DNA from: Balanoglossus misakiensis
Lineage: Eukaryota > Animalia > Hemichordata
NCBI GenBank assembly: GCA_040954595.2
Contig: CM082580.2
Location: forward strand, 6,207,519-6,271,518
DNA length: 64,000 nucleotides
Direction: 5' to 3'
Below are positions 62,200-64,000 of the stretch, piece by piece. Every line of letters starts with the position of its first letter. Positions within the stretch are counted from its first letter, which is position 1. The notes beneath the pieces are model-generated. The model searched no databases, had not been told where the DNA came from, and saw only the letters and a list, made by a program, of their open reading frames with translations. The translations under genes and the position numbers were made by a program.

Positions 62200-62900
62200 G
62201 GTACTAAAACTAAAGTAAAATCATTAAAAGAACAGACACGTCGGCCGTCAAGCGCCTGTAGGCATGACGTCAAAGGAAACTACGGAGGGTCAAAGGTGAT
62301 ACGATGACATCATCTTAGGGGAGTGGGGGTTCGAAGAATAGCATTAGTCATATCCCTATTGCCTAGGCAAATGACGTGGCACATGTAACGTTATTGGTTC
62401 CACGTCCGCCATTTTGGAGTCAGTGAGACAGGTCAGTACCGAAATTCCTTCAAATTTACCGTCTATTTTCGACGGTTGGTTACATTTCAGAAGCGGACAG
62501 GTAAGACTATGCCACGCAATCAGAAGAGTTGCTAAACGGGCTCAAGTGTTGTCGGTTTGACGTCGTCGTGTGCTGAAACCGGCATTTGTACACTTTTCCC
62601 AAGCCGCCATTTTAGTGTCTCTTCATTCAAATAAGCTTTGGGCCCGCATCAGGGAAATTCTGATTTCTTCTAACTTTTCACAACCACCTTACTCGCGAAT
62701 TGTTTTTCCTGTCGTTAACCGTTATTTGTACACATTATGATATATTTACGCCAAATACATCTTATGAGTCGGATTGGATCGAATATTTGTTCGTTGTCCG
62801 GCGTGTGTGAACCACTTCCTCATTTTGCTTCCGTTGCAACATCGGTTCTGTCGTAGTGAGCAGGGCGTCACATTGGTTAGTGATAAGATACACCGTCACA
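62200..62900. promoter_or_regulatory. Putative bidirectional promoter of the Kelch-like gene and ARF
   Basis: Head-to-head genes; CpG-rich; YY1-type ccgccatttt at ~62406 and ~62604, CRE TGACGTCA at 62265, several attgg boxes. Confidence 0.55.
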
Positions 62901-63362
62901 CTTTCTAAAGTTATGTAGGGTTGTCGATTAGCTGGTTCGAACTAGTTTCGTGGTAAAATTCCAACTCAGAGAAATTTGTCTGCAGTTTTGCAGTTATATT
63001 TTAAAGGAAATGTAAGATTGTTTTCCCAATCGATAACCTTGTTAGTGCCATTTTGGGGCAACGCCTAACGTGTATCTCGCTGAAATATTCAAACCATGGG
63101 CCTGTTTACATCTTGCGGACTTTCGAATTCGTTCGGGATACTTGTGTGTTATTCTAGCGTGTACACATTTCAGTAAAACAACCGAGAATGGTTGGATTCT
63201 TTCTTAGATGTCTGGGTATTGTAATCACGAACAGAAAAGGGACAGTGTCAGCTGTGTAGAAATTAAAATGTGTGAATACTGTGCATCATACCATTGTTAG
63301 GTTGATAATGTTTTTGTTTTTTCTCTGCTTACTTATGAGGTCTATTTTTGTTGCAGGTTTGA

Positions 63363-63548
<186 letters not shown>

Positions 63549-64000
63549 TAATACATACGTCAGGACCTACATGTACTGTAAGCCATGTGAGTGTGTGTCT
63601 GATCATGAATGTTGGTCTTTTTGAGGTGATGATAGTACAGTGCACTTGAGCTGAATCATACATACCAGCTTGGTGAGCTCATATCATACACAAAACTAAT
63701 CAGTTGAATTTTATCACCCATGCCTCATCAATGATAGTCCATTGATTATACACATACAAAACTACATGTAACTATATCTGTGATGATCGTTACATGGTTT
63801 GTGAGTAAATGTGTTGGTTCTTTTATTGGTTAAGTAATGCAGTAGAAATTAGTATTGAGTAGCATGCATACTATTAGCATTTGTGTTTCACCTTCACCTC
63901 AGCCATTGCTGCAAAATTGTAGTAAATAATCTCTGGTGATCAGGGCTAAGTCCCACCCTGATCACCATTGTGTCCTTCAAAAAAAGCTTTTAAAAACTTT

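Overview
This is eukaryotic genomic DNA from an invertebrate animal, probably a lophotrochozoan (inference from GT-AG introns, TTAGGG repeats, an nhl-1/thin-type TRIM and patchy CpG depletion). I assembled five protein-coding genes by hand from splice sites and checked exon phases. They are BAMBI (+, 3 exons, 7218-31297, ~276 aa), ZAK/MAP3K20 (-, 14 coding exons, 46241-40194, ~989 aa), an intronless TRIM-NHL nhl-1-like gene (+, 48893-51484), a BTB-BACK-6xKelch gene (-, 5 exons, 60198-55555, ~599 aa) and the first coding exon of a class I ARF (+, 63396-63543). There is also a U1 snRNA gene (36641-36807) with a variant loop I. Next to it is a decayed L1/Tx1-type ORF1 whose zinc-knuckle module is tandemly duplicated. 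Several non-autonomous DNA transposons have clean TSDs: a Harbinger-type MITE, a telomere-repeat MITE and a 33-bp P-like minimal element. TACATGTA is strongly over-represented, and one copy is visibly an insertion resembling a Tc1-type excision footprint. Most short ORFs in the supplied track are spurious. I did not find a clearly new multi-gene system. The best leads are the U1-adjacent double-module ORF1 relic, the telomeric MITE, the TACATGTA footprints and conserved short motifs or uORFs in ZAK and NHL-1.
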